Positions 10,621 through 21,263 of a stretch of 64,000 nt of DNA are shown here, piece by piece. Within the stretch, counting starts at the first letter, position 1, and each line of letters opens with the position of its first letter. Under the pieces are notes generated by a model. It was not told the origin of the DNA, ran no database searches, and saw only the letters and a list, made by a program, of their open reading frames with translations. The position numbers and the translations under genes were made by a program. The DNA comes from Coraliomargaritaceae bacterium (GTDB lineage: Bacteria; Verrucomicrobiota; Verrucomicrobiia; Opitutales; Coraliomargaritaceae): assembly GCA_965656495.1 (NCBI GenBank), contig CBFHKU010000004.1, positions 1-64,000 of the forward strand. The letters run 5' to 3'.

Positions 10621-11517
10621 ATGCTATCGAGTAACGAAACACGCATTAAAGAGGGCTTCCCGAAGCAGCGCTTGGTAGTGATTCCGCCCACCGTGGTTGA
10701 GCGCTGCCGTTCGTTGCCAATTGTGAATTGTCTTTACGTGACTGACATCGGCGCGTACCCCTCCGCCCCCCATCACTACGTTGAGCGCAAAGAGGGCATT
10801 TCCACTGCCGTACTAATCTATTGTCTCAGCGGTCGAGGCTCAATCGAGATAGACAATTCAATTCAAAAAATTCGACCGGGTCAGCTTGCGATCATTCCAC
10901 CGCACACCCCGCATATCTATCAGGCAGAAAAGCAGGATCCATGGTCAATTTGCTGGATACATTTCTCTGGATCGCAAACGCAGGCAGTGTCGGACAGCCT
11001 CAAACTCACCACACATAAGCCAAGCCTCTTTGTGCCGGATACCCGCATCATACGCGACGCCTTCGAAAACATTTACGCTTGCCTGAATTACCACTATTCC
11101 GACGCCGGACTTCTTGCGATGAGCAGTGAACTACTACGCCTTTTTAGCTTGGCAAAACTCCATCAGGGCTTCCCTCGTATCCAGCGTCAATCCGCCGAAA
11201 AGCGGGTCGTCTCGACACTGGCATTTATGGAGCAGCACCTCGACATGCCGCTTACACTGGATGCGATGGCCGCACACTCAGGCCAATCCCTCCCCTACTT
11301 CACAAAGCTTTTCCGGCAGCGCACGAACCAATCCCCCATGGCTTACTTCATTCAGCTAAAAATTCGCAAAGCCTGCGAACTGCTCGATCAAACCGATTCC
11401 ACCATCCGAGAAATCGCAACTCAGCTCGGCTATGACGACCCCTACTATTTCAGCCGTATCTTCAAAAAGACACAGGGCTGTTCTCCCGCCGCATACCGGC
11501 GATCCGTCAAAGGTTAG
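10621..11517 (+). CDS. AraC-family transcriptional regulator
   Basis: Cupin-like N-terminal domain and C-terminal double HTH (IREIATQLGYDDPYYFSRIFKKTQGCSP). Confidence 0.95.
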   Translation: MLSSNETRIKEGFPKQRLVVIPPTVVERCRSLPIVNCLYVTDIGAYPSAPHHYVERKEGISTAVLIYCLSGRGSIEIDNSIQKIRPGQLAIIPPHTPHIYQAEKQDPWSICWIHFSGSQTQAVSDSLKLTTHKPSLFVPDTRIIRDAFENIYACLNYHYSDAGLLAMSSELLRLFSLAKLHQGFPRIQRQSAEKRVVSTLAFMEQHLDMPLTLDAMAAHSGQSLPYFTKLFRQRTNQSPMAYFIQLKIRKACELLDQTDSTIREIATQLGYDDPYYFSRIFKKTQGCSPAAYRRSVKG

Positions 11518-11696
11518 CCCATAGCTTTCATTATACACCTTAACAAAGGTAGAAGGCCGACTTTATTCACCACACAAATCCGTAAAAGTAATCTACAGAG
11601 CAAGCTATAATACGATTACCTGGAGTTGCACTCACGAAGTTCTGGGGTCGGAGCTCATAAGTTGAAATTTCTTACCCTTTGCTGTATAGTGCAACA

Positions 11697-11875
11697 GCGT
11701 TTATAGTTTAAAGAGGAGGGATGGAGGTGCTCTGAAACTCTGTGTTTTATAGTTTAACGCGGAGAAGCGGAGGATCAGAGATACTCCGAAACTCTGCGTT
11801 TATATTTTTAACGCGGAGGAGCGGAGGATCAGAGGTGCTCTGGATCTCTGCGTTTTATATTTAAACGCGGAGGAG
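11697..11875. repeat. Degenerate tandem repeat, 54-bp period, about 3.5 copies
   Basis: AACGCGGAG recurs at 11756, 11810 and 11864. Approximate unit: TTTATA.TTTAACGCGGAG.AGCGGAGGATCAGAG.T.CTC.GAAACTCTGCG. Confidence 0.85.
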
Positions 11876-11881
11876 GCACCC

Positions 11882-11956
11882 ATTCGCGCAATCGGTGTGA
11901 TTCGTAGTTCTCCTACACGGCCTTCATCCGCTGCTTCGCGGGCCTTCGCGGGCAAT
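11882..11956 (-). repeat. Two dispersed repeat modules shared with the 57.9-58.3 kb array
   Basis: Reverse complement of 11882-11917 (TGTAGGAGAACTACGAATCACACCGATTGCGCGAAT) resembles 57969-58003. Reverse complement of 11935-11956 (ATTGCCCGCGAAGGCCCGCGAA) resembles 58009-58030. Confidence 0.8.
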
Positions 11957-11972
11957 CCCCGGTCTCCCAGCT

Positions 11973-13304
11973 TTAGGCCACTTTTGCTTTTTTGGAGCGG
12001 GTGGTCTTTTTATAATGCAATTTGGGTGTTTGTATTCCCTCGATCACCTTGGCGTTGATGACGACTTTGCTGAGGTTTTCCTCGTGTGGGATTTGATACA
12101 TGACATCGAGCATGAGCCCTTCCATGATGGCGCGGAGGGCGCGGGCGCCGGTCTTTAAGTGAATCGCTTTTTGAGCGATGGCGGCAATGGCATCCTTGGT
12201 AAATTCAAGTTTGGCGCCGTCCATCGCAAAAAGCTTCCGGTATTGCTTCACGAGCGCGTTCTGTGTGTCGAGGAGGATGTGCTGGAGGTCTTCGACCGAA
12301 AGTTCATCGAGCACTGCCACCATGGGGAGACGTCCGATAAACTCGGGGATCATCCCGAATTGGACGAGATCCTCGGGTTGGATCTCGCGGAGGACTTCGC
12401 TGACGGGAACCTCGCTGGTGCGGCGGTTATGGAGGGTGTCAAAACCCATCGCCTTTGAACCGATGCGATTCTGAACGATTTTATCGAGGTCAACGAAGGC
12501 ACCACCGCAAATGAAAAGGATGTTGGCGGTATTGACTTGGATATATTCCTGATTGGGGTGCTTGCGGCCTCCCTGCGGCGGCACATTACAAACGGTGCCT
12601 TCAATGATTTTGAGAAGGGCTTGCTGGACGCCCTCCCCCGAGACATCGCGGGTAATCGAGACGTTGTCGGTCTTGCGGCCGATCTTATCGATCTCATCGA
12701 CGTAAATGATGCCGCATTCGGCGCGGGCGACGTCGTAATTCGCAGCCTGCAGGAGGCGGAGGACAATGTTCTCGACGTCATCACCGACATACCCGGCCTC
12801 GGTCAGGGTGGTGGCATCAACAATCGTAAAGGGTACCCCCAGCGTTTGTGCGAGGGTGCGGGCGAGCAAGGTTTTGCCGGAACCGGTCGGACCGAGCAGG
12901 AGGATGTTGCTCTTTTCCACTTCGACATCCGCCAGTTCTTTGTCCGGTAGAACAAAATCATTTGTGGCATCGATGCGAGCCTCGGACTGGAGCCGCTTGT
13001 AATGATTATAAACCGCGACGGCGAGGGCGCGTTTGGCGTACTGCTGACTGATGACGTGCTCGTCGAGGAACGCCTTTAGGTCGGCAGGTTTTCGTAATTC
13101 GAAAGGGCCTTTATTGGGCTCACTGGCTTCACTTGCCTGCTGAGTTGAAAGTTCATCGCCGATCTCGCGCTCGATGATGGTCTTACAGACCGCGACACAG
13201 GCATCGCAGATGTGGACCCCGGACGGCCCCGCGATCATTTTTCGGGATTCGTTTTGAGCCTTACCACAGAAGGAACAAAAGGTCATGCGGGTTGCCTTAG
13301 CCAT
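11973..13304 (-). CDS. clpX: ATP-dependent Clp protease ATP-binding subunit ClpX
   Basis: CSFC...CDAC zinc finger, [35 protein letters not shown]. Confidence 0.98.
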   Translation of the reverse strand: MAKATRMTFCSFCGKAQNESRKMIAGPSGVHICDACVAVCKTIIEREIGDELSTQQASEASEPNKGPFELRKPADLKAFLDEHVISQQYAKRALAVAVYNHYKRLQSEARIDATNDFVLPDKELADVEVEKSNILLLGPTGSGKTLLARTLAQTLGVPFTIVDATTLTEAGYVGDDVENIVLRLLQAANYDVARAECGIIYVDEIDKIGRKTDNVSITRDVSGEGVQQALLKIIEGTVCNVPPQGGRKHPNQEYIQVNTANILFICGGAFVDLDKIVQNRIGSKAMGFDTLHNRRTSEVPVSEVLREIQPEDLVQFGMIPEFIGRLPMVAVLDELSVEDLQHILLDTQNALVKQYRKLFAMDGAKLEFTKDAIAAIAQKAIHLKTGARALRAIMEGLMLDVMYQIPHEENLSKVVINAKVIEGIQTPKLHYKKTTRSKKAKVA

Positions 13305-13322
13305 GTCTTATGATGGGGCGGT

Positions 13323-13919
13323 TCAAGCGGGAGGCTTGTTTTGGATGACTTGGTCGACGATGCCGTATGCGAGCGCGTCCTCGGCAGAAAGGTAAAAGTC
13401 GCGGTCGGAATCCGCCTCGATTTCAGCGACGGTTTTCTTGGTGTGTTGGGCGATAAGGGTGTTCATGCGTTCGCGCCAGCGGAGGATTTCGCGGGCGGCG
13501 ATCGAAATATCGGAGGTCTGCCCGGTGGCGCCACCGGAGGGTTGGTGCATGAGGATGCGACTATTGGGCAAAGCGTAGCGCTTGCCGGGGGTGCCTGCCG
13601 CCAAAAGAAGCGTCGCCATACTGGCAGCTTGTCCGACGCAGTAGGTCACGATCTCGCACTCCAGGAAATTCATGGTGTCGTAAATCGCCATGCCATCGGT
13701 GACGCTGCCGCCGGGGGAATTGATGTAAAGACTGATATCCTTTTTGGGATCCTCCATTTGCAGGAAGAGCATTTGCGCAATGACGGCATTTGCGACGAAA
13801 TCGTTTATGGGAGTGCCGATAAAGATGATACGGTCGCGGAGCAATCGACTGTAGATGTCCCAGGCGCGCTCGGTGCGACCCTCGCGTTCATAGACAGTGG
13901 GAAGTGGTACGTAACTCAT
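13323..13919 (-). CDS. clpP: ATP-dependent Clp protease proteolytic subunit
   Basis: [24 protein letters not shown]; lies between tig and clpX. Confidence 0.97.
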   Translation of the reverse strand: MSYVPLPTVYEREGRTERAWDIYSRLLRDRIIFIGTPINDFVANAVIAQMLFLQMEDPKKDISLYINSPGGSVTDGMAIYDTMNFLECEIVTYCVGQAASMATLLLAAGTPGKRYALPNSRILMHQPSGGATGQTSDISIAAREILRWRERMNTLIAQHTKKTVAEIEADSDRDFYLSAEDALAYGIVDQVIQNKPPA

Positions 13920-13983
13920 GATGATAAAATGTCGAAAATGTATGCTTTAGCAAACGCAAAGCGGGATTATGCAAGGGCGACGA

Positions 13984-15315
13984 CTAAGCATCCGCTGCCG
14001 GTGCTTCCACGGTCTCGCGTTCAGCCTTTTCAAGCAGCTTGTCCATGGTTTTACCCATCAGTATGTCCAGACGCATACGATTAATGCGGCTTTGATCCTT
14101 TTGGATTTCCTTGACGAGCTTTTCCGGTTTTTGACCGCTTTGCATGGCTTCCTGCATGATGAGCTGACTAAAATCCTGACTCTCCGCCTTGATCTTTTCC
14201 TTCTCGGCAATCTTGCCAAGGATGATACGTGATTTCATACGATCGACTGCAGCCTTGCTGGCGCCCGCATGCAGCTCCGCCTTGTTTTTCTCAAAGTCGG
14301 CCTCGCTGGCACCCTGCTGCATATTGCGCTGCATGAAATCCCGAAGCAGCGCTTCCGTTTCGTTTTCAACTCCACTCTGAGGAAGCTCCAAATCCACCGC
14401 CTGCAGGAGTTGGTCGGTGATTTGTTGGCGCTCCGCTTGGAAATTTTGTTGTTGTTTCTGGTTCTTGATATTTTCGGAGATTTGGTCACGCAGTTCGGAT
14501 TCGTCCTTTACCTTGAGGGCTTCAAAGAAAGCGGCGTCCATTTCCGGCATGACCTTTTCGCGTACTTCCTCAACCTTGATGGTGTAGTCAACCGATTTCC
14601 CCGAGAGCTCGGCGGGTTCAAAATCCTCCGCATATTCCATCGTGACGGTTTTCTCGTCGCCAGCCTTCATGCCAACCACGCCGTCAATAATGGCGCGCAC
14701 TCCCGGTGATTCCTGCGCTCCAGCCTCTTCCCAAGTGGTCTTCTGGGTACCATACATCGCGGGCAATTCGGGGTGGGATTCGGTCAGCAATTTTCCATCC
14801 AGACTGCCTTCGTAACCACAACGGACGTAGTCACCCGCCGTCGCAGCCTTTTCAACCACCTTGAATTCCGCGCGCTGGCTCAGGATTTGTTCGAGCATGC
14901 GATCAACTTCTGAATCGCTCGCCTCGACCGGTGCGCTGGTCACCTTCAAGCCCTCATAGCTGGGCAATTCAAAAGACGGAATAATATCCACTGTAAACTC
15001 AATGACAGCGTCCTGACCGGCGGCAATTTCGCCCTCCTTCAAATCCACAATGCCATAGACCTCAAAGTCGGCAGTCTGCACGCCGCTTTCATGGGCTTTG
15101 GAAACCACGCGGTTGGCGAGTTCTTTGTTCAAATCCTTGGCATAACGGGTACGCACCATTTTTTCCGGAGCTTTACCGGGGCGGAAGCCGGGGATCTTGG
15201 CCTGACGCTGGAAGTCACGGACCAATTGCGCCTCGAGTTCATTGATTTCCTCGGCAGAAATATGAACAGAGATCGCTTTGCGCGTTGAGTTTATGTCGTT
15301 TGATTCGGTTTTCAC
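13984..15315 (-). CDS. tig: Trigger factor
   Basis: IPGFRPGKAP ribosome-binding motif; canonical tig-clpP-clpX order; GTG start. Confidence 0.95.
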   Translation of the reverse strand: MKTESNDINSTRKAISVHISAEEINELEAQLVRDFQRQAKIPGFRPGKAPEKMVRTRYAKDLNKELANRVVSKAHESGVQTADFEVYGIVDLKEGEIAAGQDAVIEFTVDIIPSFELPSYEGLKVTSAPVEASDSEVDRMLEQILSQRAEFKVVEKAATAGDYVRCGYEGSLDGKLLTESHPELPAMYGTQKTTWEEAGAQESPGVRAIIDGVVGMKAGDEKTVTMEYAEDFEPAELSGKSVDYTIKVEEVREKVMPEMDAAFFEALKVKDESELRDQISENIKNQKQQQNFQAERQQITDQLLQAVDLELPQSGVENETEALLRDFMQRNMQQGASEADFEKNKAELHAGASKAAVDRMKSRIILGKIAEKEKIKAESQDFSQLIMQEAMQSGQKPEKLVKEIQKDQSRINRMRLDILMGKTMDKLLEKAERETVEAPAADA

Positions 15316-15434
15316 GGTTGGATATGGGTGATAGGGCGCTTCATGAGCGCTGGACTTAAAGAAAACCGCGTAGCAAAGGGAAAAGGGAAATTGTGGTCAA
15401 TCCCATATTACGCAGCCCGGACTGGGTGGACGGC

Positions 15435-16007
15435 TCAATCGTGGAGCTTGCGGAATTGGAGGTAGTCCGGTTCCGCCAGCTCAATCAGCTCTGCCCATGG
15501 CTCCAGGGCGGCAAGCGTTTGCGGCACCGCTTCCAGACCGGTATTGAGAACCCCGACCACCACGACGCCGTGCTTGCGGTTAAAATTGCGTAAACGCAGC
15601 CCCAGATCCTCCAGCGCGGGCGAGAGCGCCGCAACATCAACCCCTTCCGCCAGTTCAATCTTCACCTGATCCGCCGCCATGTAATACAGGGACCCACTTT
15701 TGAGATCTTCCACGATGCGGACATAGGGATAGCTGTCGTCAAAATTGATGATCCAAACCCGTTCGCTGGCGGCCTCCTCCTCCGGCAAATATCCAAAACG
15801 AAGCACCCTTCCCTTCAGCATGGAAGGCTCGACCGTTTGCGGGAGCGGCTCCGCGTCAACTGCCGCCGCGGCCTCCATATGAAACGCCCAGGGATCCGCC
15901 ACCACGGCATCCTCGCGAGCGGCGCGCCGCATGAGGATCAAGGAGACGATCGCGAGCCCGATCATGAAGCCGACGAAAAAAACAAAGAGGCGCTCGGTGT
16001 TTTTCAT
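15435..16007 (-). CDS. Hypothetical membrane-anchored protein
   Basis: Likely start ATG 16007 (MKNTERLFVFFVGFMIG...), which overlaps the upstream stop as ATGA; one N-terminal TM helix. Confidence 0.7.
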   Translation of the reverse strand: MKNTERLFVFFVGFMIGLAIVSLILMRRAAREDAVVADPWAFHMEAAAAVDAEPLPQTVEPSMLKGRVLRFGYLPEEEAASERVWIINFDDSYPYVRIVEDLKSGSLYYMAADQVKIELAEGVDVAALSPALEDLGLRLRNFNRKHGVVVVGVLNTGLEAVPQTLAALEPWAELIELAEPDYLQFRKLHD

Positions 16008-16279
16008 TGGGAGATTTGGGTTTGAGCCGTTTGAAACTCGCGGTGCGCGCGCATGGCACACAGCACTATGGCAAGCCCGCCCGCCCACAAACTACTATAT
16101 TTCAAACCATGCAGGAAACCCAGCGCCGCGAGGTGCGCGTAGTCCGGTGAGTCCACAAAAAACAGACCAAACAGCACATGCGACAGGACTCCCAAAGTCG
16201 CGCCGGAAAAGCAAACGAGGCACACGAAGTAGAGCCAGTCCATGAACCAGCGTAATATAACTTTTAAAATCCTGAACAT
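16004..16279 (-). CDS. Small hypothetical membrane protein
   Basis: 91 aa, hydrophobic; TGA overlaps the next ATG (translational coupling). Confidence 0.65.
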   Translation of the reverse strand: MFRILKVILRWFMDWLYFVCLVCFSGATLGVLSHVLFGLFFVDSPDYAHLAALGFLHGLKYSSLWAGGLAIVLCAMRAHREFQTAQTQISQ

Positions 16280-16399
16280 AGGTCTATAAACCCTGACATC
16301 AAAGTGGAATCGACCCGGATAGCAAGTTCACCCGTAATCGAGATTTAACTCAGGTAATTCCGACTTCACATTCAAACACAGTCAATCAAGTTAAGCAAC

Positions 16400-16846
16400 A
16401 TGTTGAATTTCAGCACTCAGATTCGCACGCGATACGTGGAAACCGACCGCATGAATGTCGTCTACCACAGTCATTACTTCGTTTGGTTCGAAACTGCGCG
16501 CATTCAATTACTGGATCACCTCGGCCTGCCCTACCGCGATCTCGAAGCACAAGGCCTCTTCATTCCGGTCCTTGAGGCACAAGCCAGCTACAAAAGCCCC
16601 GCGCATTTTGATGACCGGCTCACCATCGACCTTCAACTCGCCGAACCTCCACGCGCACGCTTCCGCTTCGATTATACCGTGCGCCGCGAATCCACCGTGC
16701 TCACCACCGGCTACACCGTGCACGCCTTCATGGATCCTTCCGGCAAAGCCCTCCGCCCGCCCGACACTTTCCTGCAACGCCTGAAAGGTTTTTCAGCCGC
16801 ACAAACGACCCAGACACCGGACCCTCAATCGCAGTGCGAACGGTAA
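16400..16846 (+). CDS. Acyl-CoA thioesterase (YbgC/4HBT hot-dog family)
   Basis: RYVETDRMNVVYHSHYFVWFETAR and YKSPAHFDD motifs. Confidence 0.9.
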   Translation: MLNFSTQIRTRYVETDRMNVVYHSHYFVWFETARIQLLDHLGLPYRDLEAQGLFIPVLEAQASYKSPAHFDDRLTIDLQLAEPPRARFRFDYTVRRESTVLTTGYTVHAFMDPSGKALRPPDTFLQRLKGFSAAQTTQTPDPQSQCER

Positions 16847-17358
16847 ATCCGGATAATATGCTCCACGATGTCCGCCAGACTGCGACCCTCGGTGCTGATC
16901 GCGGGTCCCGCCTCTAGGTAAACCGATTCGCGTGCGTTCAAGAGTTCGCGAATACGTGCCTCCGGATCCTCCACATTCAAGAGGGGCCGCTTGTTATTGC
17001 GTGCGGTGCGTTCGATAATGGTCTCCACCGAAGCAAATAAACTGACCACCACCCCGCGCGCGCGCAGCAAATCCACCATCCCGGGTTGCACCACCAAACC
17101 ACCACCACAAGCCACCACATGACCGGTCGCCGCATGTCCCGACTCGATAAAAGACCGTTCGTATTCGCGAAAACGCGCCTCCCCTTCCTTTTTGAAAATC
17201 TCAGCAATACTGCACCCCTGCGCTTTTTCGATCGCATGATCGGTGTCAACAAACCGCAAACCCAGCTCACCCGCAAGCCGCCGGCCAATAACAGACTTGC
17301 CAACGCCCATGAATCCCACGAGGTAAAGATTTTTGGATTTGTCGTTCATCCCATTCAT
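16825..17358 (-). CDS. aroK: Shikimate kinase
   Basis: GFMGVGKS P-loop, DTD, GEARFR..E, ACGGG, RPLL. Confidence 0.95.
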   Translation of the reverse strand: MNGMNDKSKNLYLVGFMGVGKSVIGRRLAGELGLRFVDTDHAIEKAQGCSIAEIFKKEGEARFREYERSFIESGHAATGHVVACGGGLVVQPGMVDLLRARGVVVSLFASVETIIERTARNNKRPLLNVEDPEARIRELLNARESVYLEAGPAISTEGRSLADIVEHIIRIYRSHCD

Positions 17359-17464
17359 TGCTCATAGTCTGAGACAGCCCAGCGATTTCAGGCGATCAAA
17401 AAATAACCCTCCATGCATACGCGTACGGATTTAATCACTCTTTCCACCACCGACACCTTAAAAC

Positions 17465-17920
17465 ATGGGAAACCAAGTCTCACGAATCACAGTCAAAGCC
17501 GTCATGCCGACCTCCAGCGGTTGCGCCATCTTTTTAGGCACCGATGCCAAGACCTTTGTGATTTACGTCGATCAGGGCATTGGCACCGCCATTCAGCACG
17601 CCATTAATGATGTGCAATTTGAACGCCCGCAAAGTCATGAGCTCATGATCAGCCTCCTCGATGGGATGGGTGCGGAGGTCGAGCGCACCATCATCAACGA
17701 CGTCGCCGAGAGTACCTTTTACGCCCGCCTCGTGGTTTCAATGGACAACGAATTGAGTCAAAAAATCGTGGAGGTCGATGCCCGCCCGAGCGACTCGATC
17801 ATTCTCGCCCTCCTTGCAGAGAAACCCATCTACGCCACTCAGAAGGTGCTCGATACGGTCGATGACATGAGCCTGATTCTCGAGAAAATCCTCGATCAGA
17901 ACAAGGAGGACGAGAGCTAG
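17465..17920 (+). CDS. Bifunctional nuclease family protein (DUF151)
   Basis: RPQSHEL, FYARL and DARPSDSI motifs. Confidence 0.88.
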   Translation: MGNQVSRITVKAVMPTSSGCAIFLGTDAKTFVIYVDQGIGTAIQHAINDVQFERPQSHELMISLLDGMGAEVERTIINDVAESTFYARLVVSMDNELSQKIVEVDARPSDSIILALLAEKPIYATQKVLDTVDDMSLILEKILDQNKEDES

Positions 17921-17923
17921 TCT

Positions 17924-19006
17924 ATGAGCGAAGGCCCTGCGACCCTTCCGCTTCCGGAAGCGATGATTCCCGGCCAGCCTTGGAGCGCCCTCGCCCCCAT
18001 GCAGGATGTCACCACCCTGCCTTTCATGCGTCTCCTCGGTAAATATGGCCCACCCGATCTTCTCTTTACCGAATATTTCCGCGTACACGGTCACTCCACC
18101 CTTGAGACCTATATCGTCGATTCAATCGAGCGGCACAACACCGGGCGCCCGGTCTTCGCCCAACTTATCGGCGAAAGCCTCCCCGACCTCCAACGCACCG
18201 TCCGCGCGATCCATGCCGCCAAGCTGCCGGTTGCCGGCATCGACCTCAATATGGGTTGCCCCGCCCCCAAGGTTTACAAAAAAAACGTCGGCGGCGGACT
18301 CCTGCGTGACCCCGCAGTGGTGGACCGTATCTTGGGTTGCCTGCGCGAAGCGGTCGAGGGGCGCTTCACGGTCAAGATGCGCATCGGGTTTGAGGACGAC
18401 CGCAACTTCGAGGCGATTCTGAAACTCATCGAGAAACATCAGGTCGACCTCCTGAGCCTGCACGCCCGAACGGTCAAGGAGGCCTACCGCAGCGCCGTTC
18501 ATTACGAGTATATTCAACGGGCGGCGGAAGCCCTTCCCATTCCGGTTCTTGCCAACGGCAACGTCACCTCCGTCAAGAAAGGCCTCTGGGTGCTTGAAAA
18601 TACCGGAGCGGCGGGCCTCATGATCGGGCGTTCCTGCATCCGCAACCCCTGGATCTTTCGCCAACTCCGCGAGCATTTCGCCGGAACCACCGTTTACCGG
18701 CCCACCCTCGCCGATGTCGCTCATTATATCGACGATCTCCATCAAGCCACCACCCAAGCGGATCGCGCCGAACGCCATCACATCAATCACCTCAAAAAAT
18801 TCCTCAACTTCATCGGCCTCGGCGTCGATCCCGAGGGGCGTTTCCTGCACGAAGCGCGCCGCGCCACCACCAAGGCGGAACTCGATACGGTCTGCCAACG
18901 CCATCTCCTCCCCGATGACCTCGCTGAGCAAACTTTCGCCGATGAGCCCCTCAAGGGGCTCGTTGCCCGCCCAAACTGCGAGACTGCGCAGGGTTGCTCG
19001 CTCTAA
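17924..19006 (+). CDS. tRNA-dihydrouridine synthase family protein
   Basis: LAPMQ, IDLNMGCP, VKMRIG, LHART, ANGNV, MIGR. Confidence 0.92.
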   Translation: MSEGPATLPLPEAMIPGQPWSALAPMQDVTTLPFMRLLGKYGPPDLLFTEYFRVHGHSTLETYIVDSIERHNTGRPVFAQLIGESLPDLQRTVRAIHAAKLPVAGIDLNMGCPAPKVYKKNVGGGLLRDPAVVDRILGCLREAVEGRFTVKMRIGFEDDRNFEAILKLIEKHQVDLLSLHARTVKEAYRSAVHYEYIQRAAEALPIPVLANGNVTSVKKGLWVLENTGAAGLMIGRSCIRNPWIFRQLREHFAGTTVYRPTLADVAHYIDDLHQATTQADRAERHHINHLKKFLNFIGLGVDPEGRFLHEARRATTKAELDTVCQRHLLPDDLAEQTFADEPLKGLVARPNCETAQGCSL

Positions 19007-19098
19007 ACCCGTGCCCTCACTTTTTTGAGCGATAGCAGGTAAAATGAATTGCACCCTTATGTGAATACCTCTACCACCTCTACTTTACCTGAGATTTA

Positions 19099-20292
19099 AT
19101 GAATATACACGAGTATCAAGCTAAACGACTCCTCGACGATTACGGCGTCCCGGTCCCCAAAGGCTACGCCGCCCAAACGAGCCGTGAAATTGAAACCGCG
19201 ATTGCCCACTTGGGCGAGAGCCAGAAGATCGTAGTGAAAGCGCAGATCCATGCCGGAGGACGCGGCAAGGGCAGCTTTACCGATGGCTATCAGGGCGGCG
19301 TCAAACTCGTTGAAGGCCGCGAGGCCGCGCTGGAATCCGCCAATCGAATGCTCGACAACACCCTCGTCACCAAACAGACCGGCCCCGCCGGACGCAAGGT
19401 GCAGACTGTATACTTTACCGAAGCCTGCGAGATCCAGCATGAATATTACCTCGCCCTCGTACTGGACCGCGAGACCGCCCAAACCGTTATCATCGCTTCG
19501 ACCGAGGGCGGCATGGACATCGAGGAAGTCGCTGAAAGCAGCCCCGAGAAAATCATCCGCGTCCCGATTTCGACCACCATGGGCCTGCGTCACCACCATT
19601 GCCGACGGGTCGCCTTCGAACTCGGCTTTAGCGGGGACCAAGTGAAGCAATTCGCCCGCCTTCTGACCGGCCTTTACAAACTCTATTGGGAAAACAATGC
19701 CATGTTGGTGGAGATCAACCCGCTCATCACGACCGACCGCGGCGACCTCATGGCACTCGACGCCAAAATGACCTTTGATGGCAACGCCATCTTTCAGCAC
19801 CCGAAAATCCAACAACTCCGCGATCTTAACGAAGAAGATCCCAAGGAAATCGAAGCCTCCAAGCACAACCTCAGTTACATCGCGCTGGACGGCAACATCG
19901 CCTGCCTCGTCAACGGCGCGGGTCTCGCCATGGCGACAATGGACATCATCAAGAGCTTTGGCGGCGAACCCGCCAACTTCCTCGACGTGGGTGGCGGCGC
20001 CAATGAAGACCAGGTCACCGCGGCCTTTAAGATCATACTCTCCGACCCGAAGGTCGAAGGCATCCTCGTCAATATCTTCGGCGGCATCATGAAATGTGAT
20101 GTCATTGCCCGTGGCATCGTGGCCGCCGCCCGTAACGTCGACATCCAAGTCCCCCTCGTGATTCGCCTCGAAGGCACCAACGTCGAAGCGGGCAAGGAGA
20201 TCCTCAAGGAAAGCGGGATCGCCTGCACCCCTGCCGACAGCCTCGCCCATGCGGCAGAAATCATCACCACGCAAGTCAGCGCTAACGCCTAA
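19099..20292 (+). CDS. sucC: Succinyl-CoA synthetase beta subunit
   Basis: [37 protein letters not shown]. Confidence 0.98.
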   Translation: MNIHEYQAKRLLDDYGVPVPKGYAAQTSREIETAIAHLGESQKIVVKAQIHAGGRGKGSFTDGYQGGVKLVEGREAALESANRMLDNTLVTKQTGPAGRKVQTVYFTEACEIQHEYYLALVLDRETAQTVIIASTEGGMDIEEVAESSPEKIIRVPISTTMGLRHHHCRRVAFELGFSGDQVKQFARLLTGLYKLYWENNAMLVEINPLITTDRGDLMALDAKMTFDGNAIFQHPKIQQLRDLNEEDPKEIEASKHNLSYIALDGNIACLVNGAGLAMATMDIIKSFGGEPANFLDVGGGANEDQVTAAFKIILSDPKVEGILVNIFGGIMKCDVIARGIVAAARNVDIQVPLVIRLEGTNVEAGKEILKESGIACTPADSLAHAAEIITTQVSANA

Positions 20293-20310
20293 ACGCAGGA
20301 CCCTTTCATT

Positions 20311-21195
20311 ATGAGCATTCTCGTCAACAAAGACACCCGCGTCGTCGTTCAAGGTATCACCGGTAAAACCGGCACCTTCCATACTAAACAATGCCTCGAA
20401 TACGGCACCCAAATCGTGGCAGGCGTTACCCCCGGCAAAGGCGGACAAATATGGGAAGATTCAGTCCCGGTCTGCAATACCATGGCAGAAGCGGTTCGCG
20501 AACACGGCGCCAATGTTTCCGTCATTTATGTGCCACCCGCCTTTGCAGGCGACTCCATCCTCGAAGCGATCGAGGCCGAAATCCCGCTCGTGATCTGCAT
20601 CACCGAGGGCGTCCCCGTGCGCGACATGGCAGAAATCCGCCGCCGCCTCTATTTCAAAAACACCCGCACCCGCCTCATCGGTCCAAATTGCCCGGGCATC
20701 ATCACCCCCGGGGAATGCAAGATCGGCATCATGCCGGGCTACATCCACAAACCCGGGCGGGTCGGAGTGGTTTCACGTTCCGGAACCCTCACCTACGAGG
20801 CAGTCTGGCAACTCACTCAGCGCGGCCACGGTCAAAGCACCTGTATCGGCATTGGCGGTGACCCCATTAATGGCACCTCCCAAACCGACGCGATTCGGAT
20901 GTTCAACGAAGACCCTGATACCGACGCCATTATCATGATTGGTGAAATCGGCGGCAGCGCCGAAGAGGAAGCCTGCGAATACATTAAGGAACACGTCAAA
21001 AAACCCGTTGCCGGATTTATCGCGGGGGCCTCCGCTCCCAAGGGTCGCACCATGGGACACGCCGGCGCGATCGTCTCAGCCAGTGGTGCCGGCACCGCAG
21101 AAGCGAAGTTTGCCGCGATGGAGGACGCCGGAGTCGCGATCGCTCGCAACCCGTCTGAAATCGCCGACGCCCTCCTCACCGTCTACAAGGGTTGA
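20311..21195 (+). CDS. sucD: Succinyl-CoA synthetase alpha subunit
   Basis: [28 protein letters not shown] phospho-His motif. Confidence 0.98.
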   Translation: MSILVNKDTRVVVQGITGKTGTFHTKQCLEYGTQIVAGVTPGKGGQIWEDSVPVCNTMAEAVREHGANVSVIYVPPAFAGDSILEAIEAEIPLVICITEGVPVRDMAEIRRRLYFKNTRTRLIGPNCPGIITPGECKIGIMPGYIHKPGRVGVVSRSGTLTYEAVWQLTQRGHGQSTCIGIGGDPINGTSQTDAIRMFNEDPDTDAIIMIGEIGGSAEEEACEYIKEHVKKPVAGFIAGASAPKGRTMGHAGAIVSASGAGTAEAKFAAMEDAGVAIARNPSEIADALLTVYKG

Positions 21196-21263
21196 ATCGC
21201 GCCTACTGCATAAGTTGTTCGCATATATTTGTGTTAATATAAACTCACCCCAACCCCGAAAAC

